NCBI GenBank assembly: GCA_048885525.1
Contig: JBHLLP010000022.1
Span: 1 to 56,732, forward strand
Reading direction: 5' to 3'
Origin: Candidatus Hermodarchaeota archaeon
GTDB taxonomy: Archaea > Asgardarchaeota > Lokiarchaeia > Sigyniarchaeales > SOKP01
DNA: 56,732 nucleotides
The notes under the pieces are model-generated. The model was given only the letters and a program-made list of their open reading frames with translations, was not told where the DNA came from and searched no databases. Below are positions 18,652-27,990 of this stretch, one piece after another (position 1 is the first letter of the stretch; every line of letters begins with the position of its first letter). The position numbers and the translations under genes are program-made.

Positions 18652-18757
18652 TAGAAAAAAATTTATTTTTTTTCTAGTAGTGGAATGTTTGTTTTTAGCC
18701 CATAATTTATTCCTCCACGAATAATACTAAAATATCATTCCATTACACTCTTTTTTT
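18652..18757 (+). ncRNA. Candidate structured small RNA
   Basis: BRE/TATA-like CGAAACATTTATTAA at 18616-18630. Nested stems 18677-18687/18736-18746, 18693-18698/18727-18732 and 18707-18712/18719-18724, followed by a T-run. Confidence 0.4.
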
Positions 18758-18877
18758 CTCGTGTTTTTTATTATAGTCTGTGAATTTCATCTTTTTATAT
18801 TATTCATTAGAGCGGGAATAATCTAATTCCCTTAGTTTTCCAATTAGTCTAATTGTCTTCATTAATTTAAATTTCAA

Positions 18878-20359
18878 TTAACCTTTTTTAAATTTCTTGC
18901 TTTCTTGATATCCAGTTCCGATTATTTCACCAATTTTATAATATTGATTATCTAATGCGTAGATAATTGGATCTAATTTTGCCATATCTGCAATCAACTG
19001 GCCTTCTTCGCTTTCAATTACAAAATCTTCCCTAACATAAGATTGTACTACATCTCCGATAAAAATCTGTCTATGTTGAATTGAGAATTCCTTGATAACT
19101 TTACACTCTAAATTCACAGGACATTCTCGAATCATTGGGGCTGTTTCTAATTCACCATAAAATACGTTAAATAATTGTGATTTATCCACATTATGTCCAG
19201 AGGCTACTCCGCAATAATCAGTTTTTACAAGAAGGCGAGTTGTTGGAAAATTTATACTAAAGGTTTCATTTTCGAGAATTCCTTGATTTGTATAATGATC
19301 TTGACCTGAAGAAATGTAGACAAGCGGAGGTTTAATACCCATTATTCCAACGTCTCCCAATGTCTCAAAATTAGGTTGATTATTAACAAGTGCTCCAGCA
19401 AGAATGATCGGGACAGGATAAACTAAAGGAACTTTTCCAAATTTAACTTTCTCAACAGAAGATAACGTTTTTACGAAAAAATCATCCATTTGATTAATTA
19501 ACCAACTTTTCAATGGATCTTGAATTGGAACCTTGTTAATATCTCCTAAATCCTCATAACGAACTGTAATTAATTTATTGATATTTATAGCCCGGTAAAC
19601 AACCGGACAGTTATAATATAGATTTAATGGATAATTATATTCAAAAGGAAGTTCATAAAGTTCAGTTTGTTCCATGGTTGAGAGAATCACACCTGATAAA
19701 ATTGCTTGATGAATGAAAATAGCATAAAGATAGGTCTTATTATAATAATCTTTAAAGTTTTGTTCATTAAATAAAGATTTGAAAAAATTCCACCATGATT
19801 GAAGCAACCCTTTCTCTGGCCTAATAATTAAACAACCCGCATTAAAGTAAGGTCGGAGCTTATTATGGTCTATATGTGTTTTCATCGGAAAAATCTGACC
19901 CTCAGATACATTGCATCTTTGATATATTTGTTCCCAAAATGGATCAATCGGTTCATCAAAAAACGACCCTATATTAGTGTGATGAACTGGTCTGTATCCT
20001 AAATTTTTATCATCATCTAAAAGAAAGTGTTTTGGTTCATTAAATACTAGTGTATTTGAACCAAGCCATGCAAGAAGTTTTGCCTTTTCTTTTGCTAATA
20101 GTTCAGCATTTGCAGCAGCAAGAACAAATTTTAAAAATGGAAAATTTGGCTCATCCTTAGGTGAAAAAGAAATAAGATCAACATTCAACGATAAAAATAG
20201 CTCTCTCATTTCTTTAGCAATACTTTCTACTGGTTTTGGAATTAATACCCAAATTGGATTACTTGATAAAGAATTTCCAAATTTTCGAATGGATGCTGCA
20301 AGCATTAAATCTTTTGGGTCTGAGCATTCAGACATATATGAATAAATTAAGTTTTTCAT
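18878..20359 (-). CDS. Fusion of a GT8-like glycosyltransferase-fold domain and a flavin-reductase-like (flavoredoxin) domain
   Basis: N-terminal part has YFNAG, HQAIL and LPFEYNYP. C-terminal part has YPVP, FSINFP, DYCGVASG..VDK, APMIRECPVNLEC and IFIGDV. Confidence 0.75.
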   Translation of the reverse strand: MKNLIYSYMSECSDPKDLMLAASIRKFGNSLSSNPIWVLIPKPVESIAKEMRELFLSLNVDLISFSPKDEPNFPFLKFVLAAANAELLAKEKAKLLAWLGSNTLVFNEPKHFLLDDDKNLGYRPVHHTNIGSFFDEPIDPFWEQIYQRCNVSEGQIFPMKTHIDHNKLRPYFNAGCLIIRPEKGLLQSWWNFFKSLFNEQNFKDYYNKTYLYAIFIHQAILSGVILSTMEQTELYELPFEYNYPLNLYYNCPVVYRAININKLITVRYEDLGDINKVPIQDPLKSWLINQMDDFFVKTLSSVEKVKFGKVPLVYPVPIILAGALVNNQPNFETLGDVGIMGIKPPLVYISSGQDHYTNQGILENETFSINFPTTRLLVKTDYCGVASGHNVDKSQLFNVFYGELETAPMIRECPVNLECKVIKEFSIQHRQIFIGDVVQSYVREDFVIESEEGQLIADMAKLDPIIYALDNQYYKIGEIIGTGYQESKKFKKG

Positions 20360-20480
20360 CTTTGATTATTACATTTTATATTTTCACTTTTAAATGAATA
20401 TAAATGTAAAAATGAGTAATTAAATTATTCCAATGAAATAAATTCAATAATCAATATTATAAAATAAGGAGATATTGAAG

Positions 20481-21680
20481 TTATTCTTCAACTTTAATCT
20501 TTTTAATTTCATCAATTAGAACAGGGATAATTTCATGCAAATCTCCCACTATCCCATAATGAGCCCAATTAAAGATTGGTGCATTAGGGTCTTTATTTAT
20601 TGCAACAATAATTTCAGAATTTTGCATTCCAACTATGTGCTGAATCGCGCCTGAAATTCCACAAGCTATATATAATTTTGGAGATACTGTTTTACCCGTC
20701 TGACCTATTTGTCTGTCTGGATCTAACCAATTTAATTCAACAGTTATCCTGGATCCACCCAATTCAGCATCCAATACTTTTGCTAATTCTTCTATAATCC
20801 TAAACTTTTCTCTGGAACCTACACCACGACCCCCGGCAACAATAAATTTGGCATCTTCCAGATTTACGGTAGTTTTTGTTTTACTTATTACTTTTATTAT
20901 CTTTGAGACAGAATCTTTTTCTTTAAATGTGTAATCAATTTTTCTAACATTTACCTTTTTTTTTTTCTTCTTAACTATGTTAAAAATGCCAGCTCTTACA
21001 GTTGCCATTTGTGGTCTACTAGATGGTGTTCTAATAGTTGCCATAATGGCTCCACCATACGTTGGACGAGTTTGAAGTAAATCTCTAGTTTCATGATTGA
21101 TCTCTAGTCCTGTACAATCTGCTGTTAATCCTGCATTGAGTCTTTTTGCTACTCTGGGAGCAAAATCTCTTCCAGTAGGAGTAGCCCCAATTAATATTAT
21201 TTCAGGTTTTTCTTCTAGCACTAATTCTGTAATTATTTTAGTATATAAATCTGAATAATAATCTTTTAATATTGGGGATTTAATATAGATAATCTCATCC
21301 ATGCCGTATTGGCTAAGTTCTTCTAATGTATCATCAAAATCTGCTCCCAATATAACAAGAGATAAACCTACTTGTAAAAGATCTGCCAGTTCTCGTCCTT
21401 TTCCCAAAAGTTGTAATGAAACGTTTTGAATTTTTTTTTTATAATGTTCTGCAACGACCCAAACTCCTTTAAATTTTGAAATATCTACTTTTTGAGCTTT
21501 AACTTCAACTCTTTCCAATGAAATCGCTTCTTCAGGACAAATTTCAACACATGCTCCGCATAGAGTACAATTTGATAGAATCTTTGCAATATTATTATCT
21601 AATTCAATAGCATCATACATGCAGCTCGCTATGCAGCTAGCGCAGCCAGTACATAAATCTTCATTAATTATGATGCTCAA
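20481..21680 (-). CDS. etfA: Electron transfer flavoprotein alpha subunit with N-terminal 2x[4Fe-4S] ferredoxin
   Basis: CTGCASCIASC, CTLCGACVEICP, GLTADC and QIGQTGKTV.PKLYIACGISGAIQH. Confidence 0.95.
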   Translation of the reverse strand: MSIIINEDLCTGCASCIASCMYDAIELDNNIAKILSNCTLCGACVEICPEEAISLERVEVKAQKVDISKFKGVWVVAEHYKKKIQNVSLQLLGKGRELADLLQVGLSLVILGADFDDTLEELSQYGMDEIIYIKSPILKDYYSDLYTKIITELVLEEKPEIILIGATPTGRDFAPRVAKRLNAGLTADCTGLEINHETRDLLQTRPTYGGAIMATIRTPSSRPQMATVRAGIFNIVKKKKKKVNVRKIDYTFKEKDSVSKIIKVISKTKTTVNLEDAKFIVAGGRGVGSREKFRIIEELAKVLDAELGGSRITVELNWLDPDRQIGQTGKTVSPKLYIACGISGAIQHIVGMQNSEIIVAINKDPNAPIFNWAHYGIVGDLHEIIPVLIDEIKKIKVEE

Positions 21681-21693
21681 ATGAATAGTCCTC

Positions 21694-22500
21694 TTAGAAT
21701 ATTTTATCTTCTTTTAAATGTTGACATAGTTTTTGAGCTACTTCTTCAGTAGACCCATTTAACATGATAGGGTTTACCCTTCTCGTGGGAATGAAGATTT
21801 TCCTAACTTCAGTCATTGAACCATTTAACCCTATTTTTGTTTTATCTGCATTTAAAGCTTTAGAATCTAAATGTATTACATTTGCTTTTTCATAAGCCCT
21901 CATAATTCCCGATATACTTGGATACCTTGGTCTATTAATATCAATTAGTACTGATATTAATGCTGGTATTTTTGTTTCTATAATAACTATCTCAGTAGCT
22001 CTAAATTTTCTCTCCACAATAATTTTCTCTTCACTTAATTCAACATTCTGAACATAGGTGATTTGCGGAATTTTTAATTCTTCTGCTAATTCTGGTGGAA
22101 CTTGTCCAGTATCCCCATCTACTGCTTGAGCTCCACAAATTATAAGGTATTTTTCTGCTGAATCAGATTCACTTAATATTTTTTTAATTGCTAAGGCAAG
22201 AGTGTGTGATGTAGCTAAAGTATCTGCCCCAGCAAAAGCTTTATCACTTAATAAAAATCCTTTATCTACTCCCATTGCTAATGCTTCCCGCAATACTTCT
22301 TCTGCTTGAGGAGGGCCCATACTTAAAGCTATAACTTCTGCTCCATGTTTTTCTTTAAGAATTAAAGCCAATTCAAGAGCATTTCGATCATTCGGATTAA
22401 GTATTGATAAAACACCCTCTCTTACTAACGTATTTGTCTTTGGGTCGATTTTTACCTCTGAAACGCCTGGTACTTGTTTAATACAAACGAAAATTTTCAA
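21694..22500 (-). CDS. etfB: Electron transfer flavoprotein beta subunit
   Basis: CIKQVP, SMGP, AGADTLATS and DGDTGQV; TTG start. Confidence 0.95.
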   Translation of the reverse strand: MKIFVCIKQVPGVSEVKIDPKTNTLVREGVLSILNPNDRNALELALILKEKHGAEVIALSMGPPQAEEVLREALAMGVDKGFLLSDKAFAGADTLATSHTLALAIKKILSESDSAEKYLIICGAQAVDGDTGQVPPELAEELKIPQITYVQNVELSEEKIIVERKFRATEIVIIETKIPALISVLIDINRPRYPSISGIMRAYEKANVIHLDSKALNADKTKIGLNGSMTEVRKIFIPTRRVNPIMLNGSTEEVAQKLCQHLKEDKIF

Positions 22501-22648
22501 TCCGAAATCATTGCCTCATTAACTTTACTCAAAAATCAAATATATTCTTTTGAAACGAATAAAAACTTCTAGAAAAATAAAGTTTCCGATAACAAAATAA
22601 AAAATTTTGTAAGGATTTTTTTATTTCATTATTTTTAATTAATTTTGA

Positions 22649-23803
22649 TTATATTCCCTTTCTTAATAGGTTTCCCGCAATTACTAATCTTTGAATTTCA
22701 CTCGTTCCTTCATAGATTTCACCCATCTTTGCGTCTCGGAAATATCTTTCTACGGGATATGCTTTCATTAAACCATATCCTCCATGGATTTGAACAGCAC
22801 CATGAGCAGCTTGCATTGCAGCTTCAGAAGCTACCAATTTCGCCATAGAGCTAGCCATTCCAAACTCCTCTCCCTTATCATGCAAATATGCCGCTTTATA
22901 TGTGAATAAACGAGCGGATTCCACAGCACAAGCCATATCGGCTATTTTCCATTGTATCCCTTGGAATCTTCCTATAGGTTGTCCGAACTGGACTCTTTCA
23001 TTAGAATATTTAACTGAAGCCTCTAATGCTGCCTGTCCTAAACCCACGCATTGAGCGGCAATACCTATTCTACCAAAATCTAAAATTTTCATTGCCATTT
23101 TGAACCCTTCTCCATTACTTCCCAAAATGTTCTCTTGGGGTACTCTAACATCTTCAAATACGAGTTCTGAAGTATTTGAGGCCCTAACACCCAATTTATC
23201 TTCTTTTACTCCAACGGAATAACCAGGGGTATCTCCATCTACAATAAAGACTGTCAATTCTCTTCTAGTATCTTTCTCTCCTGTTTTTGCTACTACTAAT
23301 AAGGTTTTAGCAATACCTCCTGATGTCGCAAAAATTTTTGTCCCATTTAGAACATATTCATCACCATCTTTAACCGCAGTTAATTGAACGCCTCCTGCAT
23401 CAGAACCTGCATTCGGTTCAGTTAAACAGAAAGCTCCTACTTTGTTGCCTCTAGCAAGATCTACCAAATAATTTTGCTTTTGCTCTTCAGTTCCAAATTT
23501 ATAAATAGGATATGCAACAACACCATTATGCACAGCAATCGTAATTCCCCAAGCCGCATCTGCACGCGAAATTTCTTCAATGACAATACTAAAGCCTATT
23601 GTATCATTATGAAGTCCTGCTCCTCCAAACTCCTCTGGAAGACAAGCTCCAAAATAGTTCATTTCTTGCATTTTCTTAAACGCGGTTTTATCTAATTCTT
23701 GCTTATCATCGCTTTCCTTTGCCACGGGTATAATATATTCTTCAGCAAAATCCCTGGTAATTTTTTTTAGCATTTTTTGTTTGTCAGTTAAGGAAAAATC
23801 CAT
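22649..23803 (-). CDS. Acyl-CoA dehydrogenase (short/branched-chain, Bcd-like)
   Basis: AFCLTEPNAGSD, GRIGIAAQ, R.QFG.PI, QIHGGYG and IYEGTSEIQ. Confidence 0.95.
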   Translation of the reverse strand: MDFSLTDKQKMLKKITRDFAEEYIIPVAKESDDKQELDKTAFKKMQEMNYFGACLPEEFGGAGLHNDTIGFSIVIEEISRADAAWGITIAVHNGVVAYPIYKFGTEEQKQNYLVDLARGNKVGAFCLTEPNAGSDAGGVQLTAVKDGDEYVLNGTKIFATSGGIAKTLLVVAKTGEKDTRRELTVFIVDGDTPGYSVGVKEDKLGVRASNTSELVFEDVRVPQENILGSNGEGFKMAMKILDFGRIGIAAQCVGLGQAALEASVKYSNERVQFGQPIGRFQGIQWKIADMACAVESARLFTYKAAYLHDKGEEFGMASSMAKLVASEAAMQAAHGAVQIHGGYGLMKAYPVERYFRDAKMGEIYEGTSEIQRLVIAGNLLRKGI

Positions 23804-24095
23804 AATAAAATCAACAAATAATATTCTGTTTTTTAAATAATCTTTTTTAAAAAATTAGTTAATAATCGTAATTATATTTTATTAAATTTTTACATTAGTA
23901 AAAACAAGGATAAGAATTATCGACTTAATATAAAGGAATTTTTTTTTACATAATTTTTAAATAGTTTTGAGCTTACACTATAACTTAGTTAATTAAATAA
24001 ATAAGTTTTTAACCAAAATTAGTCAAATAATTTATGGCTTAAAACTCTATTTAATAACATTTTAATTTTAAATTGAAAATTTTAAGGAAAAAAAA

Positions 24096-25379
24096 ATGGA
24101 AGTTGAACAAGTTTTTTTAAAACTATTTGGGAGAAATCTCATAAGTTATAAAAAGCTTGAAAATGGTCAAGTTGTAGGTTCAGGGATTCTCAATCCACTT
24201 CTTGACAGGCTAAGTATTTACCGACTAATTTTCATGATTCTCTTACAAGCTAATTTCTATAAAAATATGGAAGTTGGCAGATGGAAAGGGAAGATTGTTT
24301 CAAATACTTTTGCCCCACCTGTTGGTAGTCGACCGATGATACGGGCTTTGAAGGGTTTAATTAGATCCCAATTAATGCCGTATCCTCTCCCAATTGCGAT
24401 GACATTTGCGGTAACTTACAATTGTCAATGTAAATGCGTCCATTGCAGCGCTGGGAGGCATCTTAGAAAAGATAAGAAAGAATTATCCACAGACGAGGCA
24501 AAAAAGTTAATTGATGATGCTCAGAAATTAGGAGTTACTATTATTGCATTTACAGGAGGAGAACCATTATTACGTGAAGACCTTTTCGAGCTTATTTCTT
24601 ATGTAGATAAAAAAAAGGCTTTGCCAGTTATGTTCACTAATGGACAATTCCTCACAGAGGAAAATGTGAACAAACTATCTGATGCTGGGCTCTATTCGGT
24701 ATTCTTGAGTATAGATTCACCTTATGCTAAAGAACATGACAAGTTAAGAGGAATGCCAGGTCTTTTTGAGACTGCCATCGAAGGAATTAAGAGAGTGCAA
24801 TCAAAAGGGATCTTTGGAGGATTTTCCGGTTATGCAACTCGTTCTGGAACAGAAAGGGGTTTGTATAGGAAATTGCATAAATTAGCTAGTGATCTCGGTC
24901 TGAAAAATATAATCTATTTCGATTGTGTACCTACTGGACACCTGCTGCATGATACGAGTGAAATGTTAACATTTAATTTGCGAGAAGAACTTCATAAATA
25001 CTCTGCTAAGGCTTTTGCAAAAAAGGTTGTACCTCCTCTGTCATCTCAATCGTGGCAGAATTCTGTGGAAGCTTACCTCTCAGGAATAGGATGTCTTGCA
25101 GCAAATATTCAATTATACGCTTCTGCTTACGGGGATATTTCTCCCTGCGATTTTTCACCTCTTGCTTTTGGAAATATACGTAATGAATCCTTGAAAAAGA
25201 TATGGATGCGAATGGTCAAACATCCCGCTTACAATCACCGAAGCCCCTTCTGTCGAATGCAAGATAAAAACTTCCGGCACTTTTATATTGACCCAATTCC
25301 CGACAACGCTTATCTACCCTACCCAATCAGTAAGCTACCTCGAGTAGATTATCGGAAAGAAGTTGTTTCTAATCCTTGA
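24096..25379 (+). CDS. Radical SAM protein with C-terminal SPASM/Twitch domain
   Basis: CQCKCVHC, TGGEP, CLAA...GDISPC...GNI...CRM. Confidence 0.9.
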   Translation: MEVEQVFLKLFGRNLISYKKLENGQVVGSGILNPLLDRLSIYRLIFMILLQANFYKNMEVGRWKGKIVSNTFAPPVGSRPMIRALKGLIRSQLMPYPLPIAMTFAVTYNCQCKCVHCSAGRHLRKDKKELSTDEAKKLIDDAQKLGVTIIAFTGGEPLLREDLFELISYVDKKKALPVMFTNGQFLTEENVNKLSDAGLYSVFLSIDSPYAKEHDKLRGMPGLFETAIEGIKRVQSKGIFGGFSGYATRSGTERGLYRKLHKLASDLGLKNIIYFDCVPTGHLLHDTSEMLTFNLREELHKYSAKAFAKKVVPPLSSQSWQNSVEAYLSGIGCLAANIQLYASAYGDISPCDFSPLAFGNIRNESLKKIWMRMVKHPAYNHRSPFCRMQDKNFRHFYIDPIPDNAYLPYPISKLPRVDYRKEVVSNP

Positions 25380-25442
25380 GAAGAAGATATATAAAACCTG
25401 TCTATCTTTTATTATATTCAATTTATTATTTTTTAGAAAACT

Positions 25443-27218
25443 CTACTTTTTACCTTTATTTTTAAGTTTTTCTTTTTCTTCATCCAGTTGAAAGGATTTT
25501 ATGGGTTTTGAACGATCTATGGGAGTATTACACATCCAACATACATTTTCTATGTCACTCAATGCCCGTGCACAATTTTCACAATAAATTGCATCACATT
25601 TACAAATATATGAAAAGCCTAATACTTCTCCTTTACACACTAGACAAATTTTTTTATCTTTATGAACTGTGACTGTTTCTTCACTAATTTGAGTAGATAT
25701 ACTTAAACTTTTCTGGACTATACGTTTAATTTGATTGTTTAATTGGCTTAGTTCTATGCGTTCACTTATTGGAGCTTTCATTTTTTTTAATCTTTTCCAA
25801 GTATCTAATTGTTTTATCAATTCTTCATGCTCACTCAAAATTATCTGAGCTAGCCTCCTAAGATTATGTCTTTTCGCAATTTGATGAGCTTGAATTAAAA
25901 GTCGACGAGTTTTCTTTATATCAAAAACCAATAATGCTATTCTAGCCTGTAAAAGATATGTCTCACAAAGTATATTATATGATTGCTTTTTTTCTGCAAT
26001 ATCTAGTAGTTGATCAATATATGGTTGTATATCATCCAAAATTTCAAGATCATTAGTTATGCGGAGTTCGGTTAAATATAGATCACAGATTTGTATTAGA
26101 GCATCAGTTTTAAAAACAATATCCTCTTCAATAAAGTTTTTTAACAATTCTTCTGATTTTGCCCTGTTATGAGTTCGAGTACTAGTTTTTAATATTAAAG
26201 CTGAACAAAAGCGATAACACTTATCAGCGAAATCATTAACTATTTGACTGTTGAATTTCTCGAACTTCTCCAAATAACTCTTTGCTTGTGAAATATCACC
26301 CAATATAACAAGATTATTAATTAAATTTAAAAAGTTTATCCCTATATACCAAGGATTTCCAACTTTTTCTTGGATTGTATAGGTTTTTTTAAAAATCTCT
26401 AAAGATCGCTCAAATTCACCCTGTTCGAAATAAATATTAGAAATATTAGACAAAGCTGCTGCCAAGAATTCATTATCATTTAGTTCTTCTAAAATTGGTA
26501 TACTATCGCTGTAATAATTAAGAGCATGATCAAAAGCTCCTTTTTGGAATTGAATGTTTCCAAGATTAATAAGATTCAGTGCTAAGGGAAATCGAACGCT
26601 TTTCGTATTTACTTCTTCTATAAGCGTTTTGCATCTCTCCGCAAACTCTAAACTTAGTTCCAGATTTCCTTTATAAAAAGTAATTACATTTCCTATATAG
26701 CTTAAAGTTTCGATTATTTCTTTCTTGTTTCCTAATTCCTCACGCAATTTTAAACTTTTTTCAAGTTGTTTCAATGCCTTATCTCCATCACCTTTATAAA
26801 AAAAGATAAATGATTTTCCAACTTCTATAGACGCTTCTCTTTTTATTAAATCATTATGTAAAATTTGGGTTATGTTTTTTAATAAATTTTCACTGTGCAA
26901 AAATATATCAAGAGCGTCATCTAACCTTTGAAGTCTTGTTAATGCTTTACCCTTAAGAATAAGTGCATCAACTGAATAAAGATCCAATCCTAATTCTCTA
27001 CTTTTTTCATAAGCCTTTTCTGCGAATTTAAAGCATTCATTAATAAATGTTAAATTAAATAAAAGTAAACTCTTTAGGAGGAAATAAGAGAGTTGATCAT
27101 TATCATTTAGGTCATTCTTTTTCTCAAGAGAATTTAATAGTTGAAGAGCTTCTTCAAAATCTCCCTTATCTGCCAATTTTTCTGTTAAGATTAAATCCTT
27201 ATGTTTCGTAATATCCAT
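25443..27218 (-). CDS. TPR-repeat protein with C-terminal C4C4 RING-like zinc finger
   Basis: Repeated TPR helices (NLGNIQFQKGAFDHALNYY, NISNIYFEQGEFERSL) and terminal CLVC-x10-CKC-x4-CENC-x10-CWMC. Confidence 0.85.
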   Translation of the reverse strand: MDITKHKDLILTEKLADKGDFEEALQLLNSLEKKNDLNDNDQLSYFLLKSLLLFNLTFINECFKFAEKAYEKSRELGLDLYSVDALILKGKALTRLQRLDDALDIFLHSENLLKNITQILHNDLIKREASIEVGKSFIFFYKGDGDKALKQLEKSLKLREELGNKKEIIETLSYIGNVITFYKGNLELSLEFAERCKTLIEEVNTKSVRFPLALNLINLGNIQFQKGAFDHALNYYSDSIPILEELNDNEFLAAALSNISNIYFEQGEFERSLEIFKKTYTIQEKVGNPWYIGINFLNLINNLVILGDISQAKSYLEKFEKFNSQIVNDFADKCYRFCSALILKTSTRTHNRAKSEELLKNFIEEDIVFKTDALIQICDLYLTELRITNDLEILDDIQPYIDQLLDIAEKKQSYNILCETYLLQARIALLVFDIKKTRRLLIQAHQIAKRHNLRRLAQIILSEHEELIKQLDTWKRLKKMKAPISERIELSQLNNQIKRIVQKSLSISTQISEETVTVHKDKKICLVCKGEVLGFSYICKCDAIYCENCARALSDIENVCWMCNTPIDRSKPIKSFQLDEEKEKLKNKGKK

Positions 27219-27453
27219 TAAATGAGCCTTAAGATTATGAGATTAATAATTTTATAAAGTGTTTAAAATAAGTTACTAATTTTGAGATTATCCAATAATT
27301 TCAATTATTTTTACTAAATAATTAATTCTTTAAAAAGAAATTTAGGATTTCACATTATCGGTAAAATACTATCTATAAGAAATTTTATATTTCTTCAAGT
27401 GAAGATTTATTATCTCTATTAGGATACTAAGTAATAAAATGGTGATATAAAAA

Positions 27454-27990
27454 ATGAGTCTTGTATGTAGTAGTTGTGGGAGGATAATTGAAACTCTACC
27501 TATAAAATGTGGATATAGTATTACCATGAATAGTGAAACTAATCAAATTGAATGCAATATGGGAGATTGTGGAGTTGTAACATTTGATAAATTTCTATGT
27601 GAAAATTGTTGTATAAATCAGAGTATATTGAAAATTTATAAAAATTACGAGATATTAGCTGTAAAAAACAAAGAATTTAATGAAGAACTTAAGGAATTGA
27701 AGTATAATCTTGTACAAACAAAACTGAATAATCCGGACTTTACATATTGGGTCAAATTTGGTAATGGTGAATTTAAATTTGGAAAAGGCGAAATTGAGGG
27801 AGCAAATATTCATATTTCATGTCCTCAGAAAATAATGACAAAAATTCTTATGGGAAATACTCACGCTTTTAATGAATTTGTAAATGGTAATATTAGTGTT
27901 GAAGGTGATCTTCAATATGTTGTTGTATATTTTGATCTACTTAATTTAGCACTAGAAATTAATAAAGAAATAGTGAGGGCAGTATCATGA
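27454..27990 (+). CDS. Cys-rich (Zn-finger-like) domain fused to an SCP2 lipid-binding domain
   Basis: N-terminal CSSC...C...C...C...CENCC. C-terminal SCP2-like signature ANIHI....ILMG...AFNEFVNGNISVEGD. SD GGTGA. Confidence 0.75.
   Translation: MSLVCSSCGRIIETLPIKCGYSITMNSETNQIECNMGDCGVVTFDKFLCENCCINQSILKIYKNYEILAVKNKEFNEELKELKYNLVQTKLNNPDFTYWVKFGNGEFKFGKGEIEGANIHISCPQKIMTKILMGNTHAFNEFVNGNISVEGDLQYVVVYFDLLNLALEINKEIVRAVS

Noticed and set aside
18661-18760. Hairpin as a SECIS element / selenoprotein signal
   Set aside because: There is no paired UGA/GA quartet on either strand, and I found no gene in the window with a convincing in-frame TGA read-through.
18814-18831. GGGAAT-N6-ATTCCC as a third copy of the TGGGAA-N4-TACCCA motif
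   Set aside because: The spacing differs and it lies downstream of convergent genes; it is more likely a small terminator hairpin.
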